DNA from: Eubacteriales bacterium
Lineage (GTDB): Bacteria > Bacillota > Clostridia > Lachnospirales > Lachnospiraceae
Direction of reading: 5' to 3'
DNA: 32,000 bases
NCBI GenBank assembly: GCA_030533405.1
Contig: JAUNJF010000013.1
Coordinates: 31,755 to 63,754 of the forward strand
Shown: piece by piece, positions 9,125 to 17,385 of the stretch
Layout of the letters: each line of letters starts with the position of its first letter
Numbering within the stretch: the first letter of the stretch is position 1
Position numbers and translations under genes: made by a program
The notes under the pieces: model-generated
Seen by the model: the letters and a program-made list of their open reading frames with translations, nothing else
Told to the model about the DNA's origin: nothing
Databases searched by the model: none

Positions 9125-9278
9125 ATAATTTCAAAATGAAAAAGAATAAAGAATCAGTAAGTATTTGACAAAAATAAGATATTTACATTGCAATCTCACA
9201 ATGATGTGGGTATAATTGCAACAGATATGATGATGGAATAGGAACTGGATATTCAGTGAGAAAGGAATAGAATAGAAC

Positions 9279-10697
9279 ATGAAGATTTTTAATACCATGA
9301 CAAGAACGAAGGAAGAATTCAAACCAATTAATGAGGGGAAGGTTGGAATATATGTATGTGGTCCAACAGTATATGATTATATACATATTGGTAACGCAAG
9401 ACCAATGATTGTGTTTGATACACTTAGAAGATATTTGATGTATAAGGGATATGATGTAAATTATGTATCGAATTTTACAGATGTAGATGATAAGATTATC
9501 AAACGTGCCATTGAAGAAGGTGTTACTTCGTCAGAGATTTCAGAACGCTATATTGCAGAGGTAAAGAAGGATATGGCGGCATTAAATGTGTTAGAGGCAA
9601 CAACACATCCAAAGGCAACAGAAGAAATTTCGGATATGATTGCTATGGTAGAAACATTAATTGAAAAAGGTCATGCATATGAGGTAAATGGTACTGTTTA
9701 TTTCAGAACAAGAAGTTTTCCAGGATATGGCAAGTTATCAAAGAAAAATATTGATGATTTGGAAGCAGGACATAGAGATGAGAAACATCAGTTAAAGGTT
9801 TCTGGAGAGGGCGAGAAGGAAGACTTCTTAGACTTCGTATTGTGGAAACCGAAAAAGGAAGGAGAACCTTCTTGGAGTTCGCCATGGGGAGAGGGTCGTC
9901 CTGGTTGGCATTTGGAATGTTCTGTAATGTCAAAAAAATACATTGGTGATATTATTGATATTCATGCAGGTGGTGAAGATTTGATTTTCCCACATCATGA
10001 AAATGAAATTGCACAGAGTGAGGCTGCCAATGATGTTGAGTTTGCAAGATATTGGATGCACAATGGATTTTTGAAGATTGATGGAGAGAAAATGAGTAAA
10101 TCATTGGGTAACTTCTTTACAATTCGTGATATTGGAGAAAAATATCCATTACAGGTAATTCGTTTCTTTATGTTATCAGCACACTACAGAAGTCCGCTTA
10201 ATTTTTCTGATACATTGGTAGAAGCTGCAAAGAATTCGTTAGAGCGTGTATTGACTGCAATGGGGCGTTTGGATGATGCAATGCAGAATGCACAGGAAAA
10301 AGAGCAGACAAGCGAAGAAGCAGATCTTCTTGCAAAGATGGATGAGTTTGTTGTTCGTTTTGAAAATGCAATGGAGGATGATTTGAATACAGCGGATGCA
10401 ATTTCCGTTATTTTCGAAATGGTAAAAGTATCGAATACCAATATTTCATCCGAAAATGCAAAACAGGTCATTGAAAAAATCTATCAGACAATAGGAAGCC
10501 TTTGCGATATTTTGGGTATTATCACAAAGGTAGAAGCTGAAATATTAGATAGTGATATTGAAGCATTAATAGAAGAACGCCAGACAGCGAGAAAAGAGAA
10601 GAACTTTGCAAGAGCAGATGAAATTAGAGATACACTTGCTGCACAGGGTATTATCTTAGAGGATACTCGAGAGGGCGTTAAGTGGAAGAGAGCGTAA
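9279..10697 (+). CDS. cysS: cysteine--tRNA ligase
   Basis: MKIFNTMTRTKEEFKP, CGPTVYDYIHIGNARP (HIGH), GWHLECS, HHENEIAQSEA and KMSKSLGNF are present, along with the C-terminal DALR/anticodon-domain tail. Confidence 0.96.
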   Translation: MKIFNTMTRTKEEFKPINEGKVGIYVCGPTVYDYIHIGNARPMIVFDTLRRYLMYKGYDVNYVSNFTDVDDKIIKRAIEEGVTSSEISERYIAEVKKDMAALNVLEATTHPKATEEISDMIAMVETLIEKGHAYEVNGTVYFRTRSFPGYGKLSKKNIDDLEAGHRDEKHQLKVSGEGEKEDFLDFVLWKPKKEGEPSWSSPWGEGRPGWHLECSVMSKKYIGDIIDIHAGGEDLIFPHHENEIAQSEAANDVEFARYWMHNGFLKIDGEKMSKSLGNFFTIRDIGEKYPLQVIRFFMLSAHYRSPLNFSDTLVEAAKNSLERVLTAMGRLDDAMQNAQEKEQTSEEADLLAKMDEFVVRFENAMEDDLNTADAISVIFEMVKVSNTNISSENAKQVIEKIYQTIGSLCDILGIITKVEAEILDSDIEALIEERQTARKEKNFARADEIRDTLAAQGIILEDTREGVKWKRA

Positions 10698-10721
10698 ATA
10701 AAGGATAATTCGGGATAGAAC

Positions 10722-11165
10722 ATGGAAGAACAAAAAAAAGGAAGATATCAATATTTCAAAGATGTACTAGGGATTAAACAGGTGAATCCACAAAACTATT
10801 CGCCATTGTCACTTGCGTATATAGGAGATAGCATTTTTGATGTAATGATACGAACAATGGAAGTTAGTAAAGTGAATATGCAAGCGAATAAATATCATAA
10901 GCTTGTTAGTAAGATTGTATGTGCACCAGCACAGGCGAAAATGATTCTTGCGATTGAAGATCAGTTGACAGAAGAAGAACATGATGTGTTCAAAAGAGGT
11001 AGAAATGCTAAATCCTATACAAAGGCAAAAAATGCATCAACGGTTGATTACCGAAATGCAACTGGTTTTGAGGCGTTGCTTGGATATTTATATTTGAAGG
11101 AAGATTTTGAACGACTTACGGATATTGTGAAGTTAGGATTGGATGTTCTTGCCAGGGAGGAATAA
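10722..11165 (+). CDS. mrnC: mini-ribonuclease 3
   Basis: The 147-aa product has LAYIGDSIFD and ATGFEALLGYLYL motifs (RNase III-like). It sits in the conserved Firmicutes position between cysS and rlmB. Confidence 0.88.
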   Translation: MEEQKKGRYQYFKDVLGIKQVNPQNYSPLSLAYIGDSIFDVMIRTMEVSKVNMQANKYHKLVSKIVCAPAQAKMILAIEDQLTEEEHDVFKRGRNAKSYTKAKNASTVDYRNATGFEALLGYLYLKEDFERLTDIVKLGLDVLAREE

Positions 11166-11168
11166 AGG

Positions 11169-11915
11169 ATGCGTTACGAAGAGTATACGATAGAAGGACG
11201 TAATGCTGTAACAGAAGCATTTCGTTCAGGAAAAACAATTGATAAATTATATGTATTAGATGGTTGTCATGATGGAGCAGTGAATACCATAAAGAATCTT
11301 GCAAGAAAGCAGGATACCATTGTGAATTATGTGAATAAAGAAAGACTTGATCAAATGTCGACAACAGGAAAGCATCAGGGTGTGATTGCACAGGCTGCAG
11401 CATATGATTATGCAGAGGTTGAAGATATTTTACAGGCTGCTAGAGATAAGGATGAGCCACCATTTATTTTCTTGTTGGATGAGATAGAAGATCCGCATAA
11501 TTTAGGTGCGATTATTCGAACAGCAAATCTTTGTGGAGCGCATGGTGTGATTATTCCAAAGCGTCGTGCTGCGGGTTTGACAGCAACTGTTGTTAAAGCA
11601 TCAGCAGGAGCGATTAATTATACTCCAGTTGCTAAGGTTACAAATATTGCGAAAACAATAGAAGAATTAAAAGAGCAGGGGATTTGGTTTGTATGTGCAG
11701 ACATGGATGGTGATGTGATGTATCGTCATAATTTGACTGGACCAATTGGGTTGGTGATTGGTAACGAAGGAAATGGAGTAAGCCGTCTTGTAAAAGAAAA
11801 ATGTGACTATGTAGCATCAATTCCAATGAAGGGAGATATTGATTCCTTAAATGCCTCTGTAGCAGCTGGTGTATTGGCATACGAGATAGTAAGACAGAGA
11901 TTACAGGGTAAATAA
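11169..11915 (+). CDS. rlmB: 23S rRNA (guanosine-2'-O)-methyltransferase RlmB (SpoU/TrmH family)
   Basis: N-terminal EGRNAV, then EDPHNLGAIIRTA, LVIGNEGNGVS and SLNASVAAGV SpoU motifs. The SD GGGAGG overlaps the mrnC stop. Confidence 0.9.
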   Translation: MRYEEYTIEGRNAVTEAFRSGKTIDKLYVLDGCHDGAVNTIKNLARKQDTIVNYVNKERLDQMSTTGKHQGVIAQAAAYDYAEVEDILQAARDKDEPPFIFLLDEIEDPHNLGAIIRTANLCGAHGVIIPKRRAAGLTATVVKASAGAINYTPVAKVTNIAKTIEELKEQGIWFVCADMDGDVMYRHNLTGPIGLVIGNEGNGVSRLVKEKCDYVASIPMKGDIDSLNASVAAGVLAYEIVRQRLQGK

Positions 11916-11925
11916 GGAGTGTAAG

Positions 11926-12081
11926 ATGTACGAATATAAGGTAGAAACATACAAGGTAAAAGGCTCTGAAGAAGAAATGAATAAGTTGGCCTCACAAGGG
12001 TGGCGAGTTATTTCTGTAGCGCCGAATATTGGTGCTGGCTATGGAATCGTAGTTACATATGAGCGTCAGAAAAAAGCATAA
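11926..12081 (+). CDS. DUF4177-like small protein (51 aa), not in the supplied ORF track
   Basis: Hand translation gives MYEYKVETYKVKGSEEEMNKLASQGWRVISVAPNIGAGYGIVVTYERQKKA*. The SD AAGGAG lies 6 nt upstream and a strong terminator follows. The MxEYKV...GW.vvsv pattern resembles DUF4177. Confidence 0.6.
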   Translation: MYEYKVETYKVKGSEEEMNKLASQGWRVISVAPNIGAGYGIVVTYERQKKA

Positions 12082-12087
12082 ATAAGT

Positions 12088-12124
12088 AAAAAAAGAGAAA
12101 GCAAATTGCTTTCTCTTTTTTTTT
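12088..12124. terminator. bidirectional rho-independent terminator (serves the + strand operon and the minus-strand tRNA)
   Basis: AGAGAAAGCA (12094-12103) pairs with TGCTTTCTCT (12107-12116). An A-run lies on the left and a T-run on the right. Confidence 0.8.
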
Positions 12125-12126
12125 AA

Positions 12127-12199
12127 AGCTAGCGACGGGAATCGAACCCGTGACCTCCTCACTACCAATGAGGTGCGCTACCGACTGTGCCACGCCAGC
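12127..12199 (-). tRNA. tRNA-Thr (anticodon GGU)
   Basis: The minus-strand sequence GCTGGCGTGGCACAGTCGGTAGCGCACCTCATTGGTAGTGAGGAGGTCACGGGTTCGATTCCCGTCGCTAGCT folds by hand into a 73-nt cloverleaf. It has a 7-bp acceptor stem, the anticodon stem CCTCA/TGAGG, the loop TTGGTAG (anticodon GGT) and the T-arm ACGGG-TTCGATT-CCCGT. No CCA is encoded. Confidence 0.9.
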
Positions 12200-12218
12200 T
12201 TGTCTTTGCGACTTGACT

Positions 12219-12247
12219 ATAATAACAAATTCTCCTTGTTTTGTAAA
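12219..12247 (-). promoter_or_regulatory. sigma-A type promoter for tRNA-Thr
   Basis: On the minus strand: TTTACA (12247-12242), a 17-nt spacer, then TATTAT (12224-12219), about 19 nt upstream of the tRNA 5' end. Confidence 0.55.
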
Positions 12248-12382
12248 GAGTTTTTGAAAAGAATAATGACATTTATGTGAAAATATGATATAGTTTCGAG
12301 TGTATATGATTTTAAATAATTCAAGCAGTTCAATCACTCGATTTCGGAGGTTTGGACAATTCAATATAAGGAAGGTGTATCA

Positions 12383-14362
12383 ATGTTAGATAAGAGAATT
12401 AGACCAGATGAGAATCCTGTATTTCCTAAACGTTGTGTGATTACAGGTGGTATGCCATATGGTAATAAAGAACTTCATTTTGGGCATGTTGGTGGAATGT
12501 TTGTGCATGCTGATATTTTTGCAAGATTTATGCGTGATCGTATTGGAAAAGAAAATGTTATATTTGTTTCGGGTACTGACTGCTATGGTTCACCAGCGCT
12601 TGAAAGTTTTCGCAAGTTAAAAGAAGCAGGTTATGATAAAACAATTAAAGACTATGTAAAATCCAACCATGATAGTCAGACAGAGACATTAAAGAGATAC
12701 CAGATTAGTTTGAATTTCTTTGGTGCATCTGCATTGGAGCCGGCAGCAAAGATGCATAACAAGACATCTGCGGAAATCTTTGAGTCTTTGTATAAGTCAG
12801 GTCATCTTGAAAAATTGTCTACACCACAGTTTTATGATGAAGAGTTAGGTGTATTTTTAAATGGCCGTCAGGTAATGGGTAGATGTCCGATCGAAGGCTG
12901 TACTTCAGAGAAGGCTTATGCTGACGAATGTTCATTGGGTCATCAGTATATGCCAAGTGAGTTGATTAATCCTGTAAGTGTTCTTTCAGGAAAAACACCA
13001 TCTTTCGTGGATGTTACCAACTGGTATTATAAGTTAGAGGATGATATCGACGTGTTAAAGGAACGCAACGATATGTTAAAGGCGCAGTCGAATCGTAGAA
13101 AGTACGAGTTGAATATTATTGATGAGTTTATGAATAAGCCACTTGTACATATTCCAAAGAAGTATTTAGAGGATATTGATCAGGATGCATTGCTTGCGAA
13201 GTTTCCTGAGCATGAGTTGGTAGATGAGGAGAAGAGAAAGTCTCTTATGTGTGTATTCAAGTCATTAGATGACCGTGATATTGCAAGAAAAGTAATGGAG
13301 GAGGCTGGTGTGCATTATACAGCAGGTAAGACTCTTGTACCATTCCGTTTGTCAGGTAATGTTGAATGGGGTGTTCCGATTCCAGAGGTAGAAGGCGAAA
13401 AGGATCTTACTTTTTGGGTATGGCCAGAATCATTGTGGGCTCCTATCTCATTTACAAGAGCTTATCTTGAGCAGCAGGGCTGTGATGAAAATGAATGGCA
13501 GAGATGGTGGAATGATGATGAGGCAATGGTATATCAGTTTATCGGAGAGGATAACATTTATTTTTATTCTATTGCAGAAATGGGATTATTCCGTGCCCTT
13601 GGTAATATCAAATATCCACATATTATTCCAAATAGACACATTTTGTTTATGGATACCAAGGCAAGTAGTAGCTCAGAGATTAAACCACCTATGGCAGCAG
13701 AATTATTAGAGCATTACTCAGTGGATCAACTTAGAATGCATTTCTGTTCTTTGGGATTATCCAATAAGAGTACAGGATTTAAGCCTCAGGTGTATATGCC
13801 AGAGGAGGAGCGTGTTGGTGTAGATATCGTATTAAAGGAAGGAAATCTTTTAACAAACGTATTCAACCGTTTAATTCGTTCCTGCTTCTATACAACACAG
13901 ACTGATTTCGGTGGCAAAATTCCAGAAGGACAGTGTTCAGATTGGATTCTTGAACTTTCCAAGAAGAAGGTTTCTGAGTACGAAAGACATATGTATAATC
14001 ATGAATTCCATCGTATTTCTTATGTGTTGGATGAGTATATCCGCGAGGTAAATAAGAATTGGGCTGCAAAGAGTCGTGAAGCAGATAAGAATGATGATAT
14101 TGAGCTTAAGAGGGCACTTTTAGTAGATACCTGGTATGCATGTAAGATTATGGCAGTTTTAGTACATCCAGTTGCACCAAGCGGATGTGAGATGTTCCAA
14201 GAGTATTTGGGATTTGATGATAAGCTTTGGAGTTGGGATTATATCTTAGAGCCATTAACAGCTTATGTTGATGATTTGTCGAAACATGAATTGAAATTCC
14301 TTGAGCCAAGAATTGATTTCTTCAAAAAGCCAGAATGGCAGTTTGCTGATGGTAACAAATAA
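12383..14362 (+). CDS. metG: methionine--tRNA ligase family protein with a non-canonical KMSKS loop
   Basis: PYGNKELHFGH (HIGH), the CP-domain knuckle CPIEGC..C, FIGEDNIYFY and the anticodon-domain NKNW match MetRS along the whole length. The KMSKS position reads KASSS (nt 13658-13675). The SD AAGGAAGG lies 7 nt upstream. Confidence 0.8.
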   Translation: MLDKRIRPDENPVFPKRCVITGGMPYGNKELHFGHVGGMFVHADIFARFMRDRIGKENVIFVSGTDCYGSPALESFRKLKEAGYDKTIKDYVKSNHDSQTETLKRYQISLNFFGASALEPAAKMHNKTSAEIFESLYKSGHLEKLSTPQFYDEELGVFLNGRQVMGRCPIEGCTSEKAYADECSLGHQYMPSELINPVSVLSGKTPSFVDVTNWYYKLEDDIDVLKERNDMLKAQSNRRKYELNIIDEFMNKPLVHIPKKYLEDIDQDALLAKFPEHELVDEEKRKSLMCVFKSLDDRDIARKVMEEAGVHYTAGKTLVPFRLSGNVEWGVPIPEVEGEKDLTFWVWPESLWAPISFTRAYLEQQGCDENEWQRWWNDDEAMVYQFIGEDNIYFYSIAEMGLFRALGNIKYPHIIPNRHILFMDTKASSSSEIKPPMAAELLEHYSVDQLRMHFCSLGLSNKSTGFKPQVYMPEEERVGVDIVLKEGNLLTNVFNRLIRSCFYTTQTDFGGKIPEGQCSDWILELSKKKVSEYERHMYNHEFHRISYVLDEYIREVNKNWAAKSREADKNDDIELKRALLVDTWYACKIMAVLVHPVAPSGCEMFQEYLGFDDKLWSWDYILEPLTAYVDDLSKHELKFLEPRIDFFKKPEWQFADGNK

Positions 14363-14381
14363 AAGATAAAAAATGACAAAG

Positions 14382-14447
14382 AATAAGAACATGTCTTTCT
14401 TACTGAGCTATAGATCAGTAAGAAGGAGACATGTTCTTTATTTTATT
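14382..14447. terminator. long bidirectional terminator shared by convergent metG and sigH
   Basis: AATAAGAACATGTCTTTCTTACTGA (14382-14406) pairs with TCAGTAAGAAGGAGACATGTTCTTTATT (14415-14442). The stem is about 24 bp with small bulges and an 8-nt loop, with T-rich tracts on both outer sides. The right arm encodes the last 9 codons of sigH. Confidence 0.7.
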
Positions 14448-15017
14448 GCGAATTCGTTGAATGGTATTATCTATTGATTTTACAGGTTTTCTAAGTGATA
14501 TACTAATATCTGCATATGACATACCATCTAGATAATGCTGAAGAACTTTTTTTTCAAGACTGCTTAAATGATTCTCGATTTCCTTTTGAAACTGGGTGGA
14601 GTTCTCAGCAACGAGAACGATATGTTCTGGATTAGTTTCATTGCTAGCGACCAGATTATCAATTAATTCGTTTTCACCTTTGTTAGTATTCGTGTTTAGC
14701 GAAACATAGGAGTTAAGAGGCAAATGTTTTTTTCGATTAGAAGCTTTTATGGCGCTGTATATTTGGCGTTCGATACAAAGTTTCGCATAAGAATAAAAAG
14801 TAGCATCCTGATTCGGTTCGAATGTTTGAATCGCCTTGAATAAACCAATCATTCCTTCCTGTGATAAATCCTCTGTATCGGCACCAATAATATATAGCGT
14901 ACGTGTCGATTTTTTAACGAGTGATGTGTATCGTTTTAATAAATATTCTGTTGCATCTTGTTCTCCCTTTCGAATGAGGGAGATTAGTTCGTCATCTGTA
15001 TAGTTTTTGTATCCCAT
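14415..15017 (-). CDS. sigH: RNA polymerase sporulation/transition-state sigma factor SigH
   Basis: The 200-aa product is colinear with B. subtilis SigH as I remember it: YIIGADTEDLSQEGMIGLFKAIQTF, KHLPLNSYVSL, LEKKVLQHYLDGMSY and KSIDNTIQRIRNK. The SD AAGAGGA lies upstream. Confidence 0.9.
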   Translation of the reverse strand: MGYKNYTDDELISLIRKGEQDATEYLLKRYTSLVKKSTRTLYIIGADTEDLSQEGMIGLFKAIQTFEPNQDATFYSYAKLCIERQIYSAIKASNRKKHLPLNSYVSLNTNTNKGENELIDNLVASNETNPEHIVLVAENSTQFQKEIENHLSSLEKKVLQHYLDGMSYADISISLRKPVKSIDNTIQRIRNKIKNMSPSY

Positions 15018-15028
15018 AGTATCCTCTT

Positions 15029-15688
15029 TTATTCTGCTGGTTCAACTGGAACATCTGTTATATCGTCTATAGGTGGCTCTTCTGGTGTATCTGGAGTTGA
15101 CTCGATGATTTGCTCTGTCGTAGCCTCCTCAGGAGCCGATGTAGAAGGAGCTTCCGTAGTGGATTCCTGTGTTGTCTGCTGATTGGAATCATGATTTTGT
15201 GCTTCAGTTGTTTTGTTGTTTACTTTATTTGTTATTTCTTCAATGCTTTGCTCTAAATTCTCTTTTTGGGAATCTTCGTGATTGGAAGTGTTTGTTGTAT
15301 CATCTGAATTTGGTTTCCACAAATCTTTCCAATCCGTTTCTTCTGTAGTGGTTGCCTCTGTTGATACATCATCATTCGTAGGAATATTGCCAACGCTATT
15401 TGCAATAAATGTGACAAAGCCTAGAATGAGACACGCGATAACAATCACTACCAAAATGAGTAATATTGTTTTTAACATGTCGCGGTTAGGACGATTGCCA
15501 AGTTCCTGTGAATTGGCTTTTTCATTTTCTAGTTGCGCAACACGTTTTGCACGTGAGGCAATTGCATCTGATTTTTTCTGTTCTTTCAGTTTGATTTTTC
15601 GTTCTTCTTTTTCGAATTCCTCATCAAATTCATCTAATTCAAAGTCTATGATATCGAACTCGTTGTCCGTATTATGGTTTTGCTCCAT
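15029..15688 (-). CDS. hypothetical single-pass membrane protein (acidic N-terminus, T/E/Q/N-rich C-terminus), co-transcribed with sigH
   Basis: The ORF has one clear TM segment (ILLILVVIVIACLILGFVTFI). I prefer the start at 15688 (MEQNHN) because the SD GAAGGGA lies 6 nt upstream. The alternative ATG at 15709 has no SD. Its stop is 11 nt upstream of the sigH ATG. Confidence 0.6.
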   Translation of the reverse strand: MEQNHNTDNEFDIIDFELDEFDEEFEKEERKIKLKEQKKSDAIASRAKRVAQLENEKANSQELGNRPNRDMLKTILLILVVIVIACLILGFVTFIANSVGNIPTNDDVSTEATTTEETDWKDLWKPNSDDTTNTSNHEDSQKENLEQSIEEITNKVNNKTTEAQNHDSNQQTTQESTTEAPSTSAPEEATTEQIIESTPDTPEEPPIDDITDVPVEPAE

Positions 15689-15729
15689 GGTTGATCCCTT
15701 CTTTTTCATATTTTGCTCATTATTTCAAC

Positions 15730-15758
15730 ATCATACAACAAATAGAAAGAATAAGCAA
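15730..15758 (-). promoter_or_regulatory. candidate sigma-A promoter for the membrane-protein/sigH operon
   Basis: On the minus strand: TTGCTT (15758-15753), a 17-nt spacer, then TATGAT (15735-15730). Confidence 0.45.
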
Positions 15759-15787
15759 ATATTTACTTGCAAAAATATAGCTGAAAA

Positions 15788-15816
15788 TTGACGAGTGGGG
15801 GTAAATGTGATAAAGT
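15788..15816 (+). promoter_or_regulatory. candidate sigma-A promoter (extended -10) for the DUF2225-like gene
   Basis: TTGACG (15788-15793), a 17-nt spacer ending in TGA, then TAAAGT (15811-15816). Confidence 0.45.
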
Positions 15817-15896
15817 AACTATAATTATGCAAGTATATAAGATTATATGAGAATTTGATTCAGGAGGGAGAAGAGGGATTAAAGGAGGTAATAGAT

Positions 15897-16742
15897 ATGG
15901 GGTTATTTTCCGGTCTGGAACAGTTTGGCATAAAGGTAAAGGATGTTGATATATATGCAACACCAGATGAAAATAAGCCAAATTTGGATGGGACAAAAAA
16001 AACGGAAGCAAAACCAATTACAGAAGAAGAATGTTTGTTTCCTAAAACGTATACTTGTCCAATTTGTGATGGAAAATTTAAGTCTTTAGCTGTAAGGGTT
16101 GGAAAGCTTCGTAGTATAGGACAGGATTTGGATTTGCGACCGTTATACAAAGAGGTGGATCCCATTAAATATGATGCCATTGTGTGTACGCACTGTGGAT
16201 ATGCGTCGTTGTCACGGTATTTTAACCAGGTAATGCCTTTGCAAGCTAAAAAGCTGCGTGCAGAGTTAAAAGGTAACTTTGAGGGATTGAAGTCTGAAGG
16301 ACAGAAGTATAGTTACGATGATGCAATCATGAGATATAAAATGGTACTTTATTCTGATGTGCTTGGCAATGTGCAAAATAGTAGAAAGGCATATACCTGT
16401 TTGAAATTGGCATGGACGATTCGTGGCAAGTTAGAACGTGAGGCTATGAATATTTCAGAAAAAGAGCGGAAACAGTTACAGGAAGATGAGCTGGAATGTA
16501 TTCAGAATGCATATGATGGATATATATTAGCTTTCTCGAATGAGCATTTCCCGATGAGTGGAATGGATGAAGTAACACTAACATATTTGGTTGCAGAATT
16601 AGCGTTTCGTATTGGAAAATATAAAGAAGCATTAACATTTCTTTCACGTATCTTAACAGATCAGAATGTGGCTTCGCGTATTAAAGACAAAAGTTTGGAT
16701 TTAAAGGAACGGATTCGGGAAAAGGTGAAAGAAGGTCAATAG
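15897..16742 (+). CDS. DUF2225-like zinc-ribbon plus helical-repeat protein
   Basis: YTCPICDGKF...DLRPLY...NP-like...YDAIVCTHCGYAS is the DUF2225 signature as I remember it, followed by a helical TPR-like C-terminus. The start at 15897 follows AAAGGAGG. The track ORF begins at 15855. Confidence 0.7.
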   Translation: MGLFSGLEQFGIKVKDVDIYATPDENKPNLDGTKKTEAKPITEEECLFPKTYTCPICDGKFKSLAVRVGKLRSIGQDLDLRPLYKEVDPIKYDAIVCTHCGYASLSRYFNQVMPLQAKKLRAELKGNFEGLKSEGQKYSYDDAIMRYKMVLYSDVLGNVQNSRKAYTCLKLAWTIRGKLEREAMNISEKERKQLQEDELECIQNAYDGYILAFSNEHFPMSGMDEVTLTYLVAELAFRIGKYKEALTFLSRILTDQNVASRIKDKSLDLKERIREKVKEGQ

Positions 16743-16761
16743 AAAAATTGTCTAGGGGTGT

Positions 16762-17385
16762 ATGGATGTGACGAAAGAGGAACAAGTAAATCAAAGATAT
16801 ATTTATATAATGTTAAGTAGAACACATACGATTCCGGCTAGATTGATAAGACTCTTTACAGGTGCAACGTATTCACATACTTCTTTAGCATTAGATGTAG
16901 AATTAAAAGAAATGTATAGTTTTGCGAGAAGACGTGTTCATAATCCGTTTAATGCAGGTTTTGTGGATGAAGACATTGAAACAGGAATTTTTGGTAGAGA
17001 TAAAAATGTATATTGTAGTGTTTATGCATTAGCGGTTACAGAAGAACAATATAAAGTTTTATGTGAGGAGCTAAAACATTTTATCAGACACAGAGAGTTG
17101 TATGATTATAATTATAAGGGATTGGTTGGTGTTTTGTTTGGAAAAAATGTGGCAAGAGATTATAACTATTTTTGTTCACAATTTGTTTCCTATATATTAA
17201 GTAGAAGTGGAATTGAGTTGTTTGAGAAAGAGCATGGTCTGGTTCAACCATGCGACTTTCACTTACAACTTGAAAAGCAAAGAATCTATGAGGGGAAACT
17301 CACAGAGTATCGAAAGTTTGTTGAAACAATGCAAATGCATATCGAACAAAGCGATAGCTTGATCGCGGCAACAACATCAGTCTAA
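16762..17385 (+). CDS. YiiX/YaeF-like permuted papain-fold (C92, NlpC/P60 superfamily) hydrolase, cytoplasmic
   Basis: The motif order His-then-Cys, ATYSHTSLAL then YNYFCSQFVSYIL, parallels E. coli YiiX (DYSHTGM ... YCSEVVWK). There is no signal peptide. The gene starts 19 nt after the DUF2225-like gene. Confidence 0.5.
   Translation: MDVTKEEQVNQRYIYIMLSRTHTIPARLIRLFTGATYSHTSLALDVELKEMYSFARRRVHNPFNAGFVDEDIETGIFGRDKNVYCSVYALAVTEEQYKVLCEELKHFIRHRELYDYNYKGLVGVLFGKNVARDYNYFCSQFVSYILSRSGIELFEKEHGLVQPCDFHLQLEKQRIYEGKLTEYRKFVETMQMHIEQSDSLIAATTSV

Noticed and set aside
9165-9216. TTGACA and TATAAT hexamers upstream of cysS as a promoter pair
   Set aside because: The two consensus hexamers are 40 nt apart, and the alternative -35 (TTTACA) is 23 nt away. 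No canonical 16-18 nt spacing exists, so I do not report coordinates for a promoter, although one must lie here.
9125-9278. T-box riboswitch upstream of cysS (also checked at 12200-12382 upstream of the MetRS gene)
   Set aside because: The leaders are too short (about 100-150 nt). Neither contains the conserved T-box sequence (AANNNGGGTGGTACCGCG-like) or a terminator/antiterminator pair.
12053-12364. 103-aa minus-strand ORF
   Set aside because: It runs straight through the tRNA-Thr gene, its promoter and the bidirectional terminator, so it is an artefact of an open frame.
15282-15791. 169-aa ORF on the + strand, antisense to the sigH-linked membrane protein gene
   Set aside because: It is the mirror image of a low-complexity (T/E/S-rich) coding region. 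It has no SD and Ser/Phe-rich nonsense composition. The minus-strand frame has a clear TM segment and operon context.
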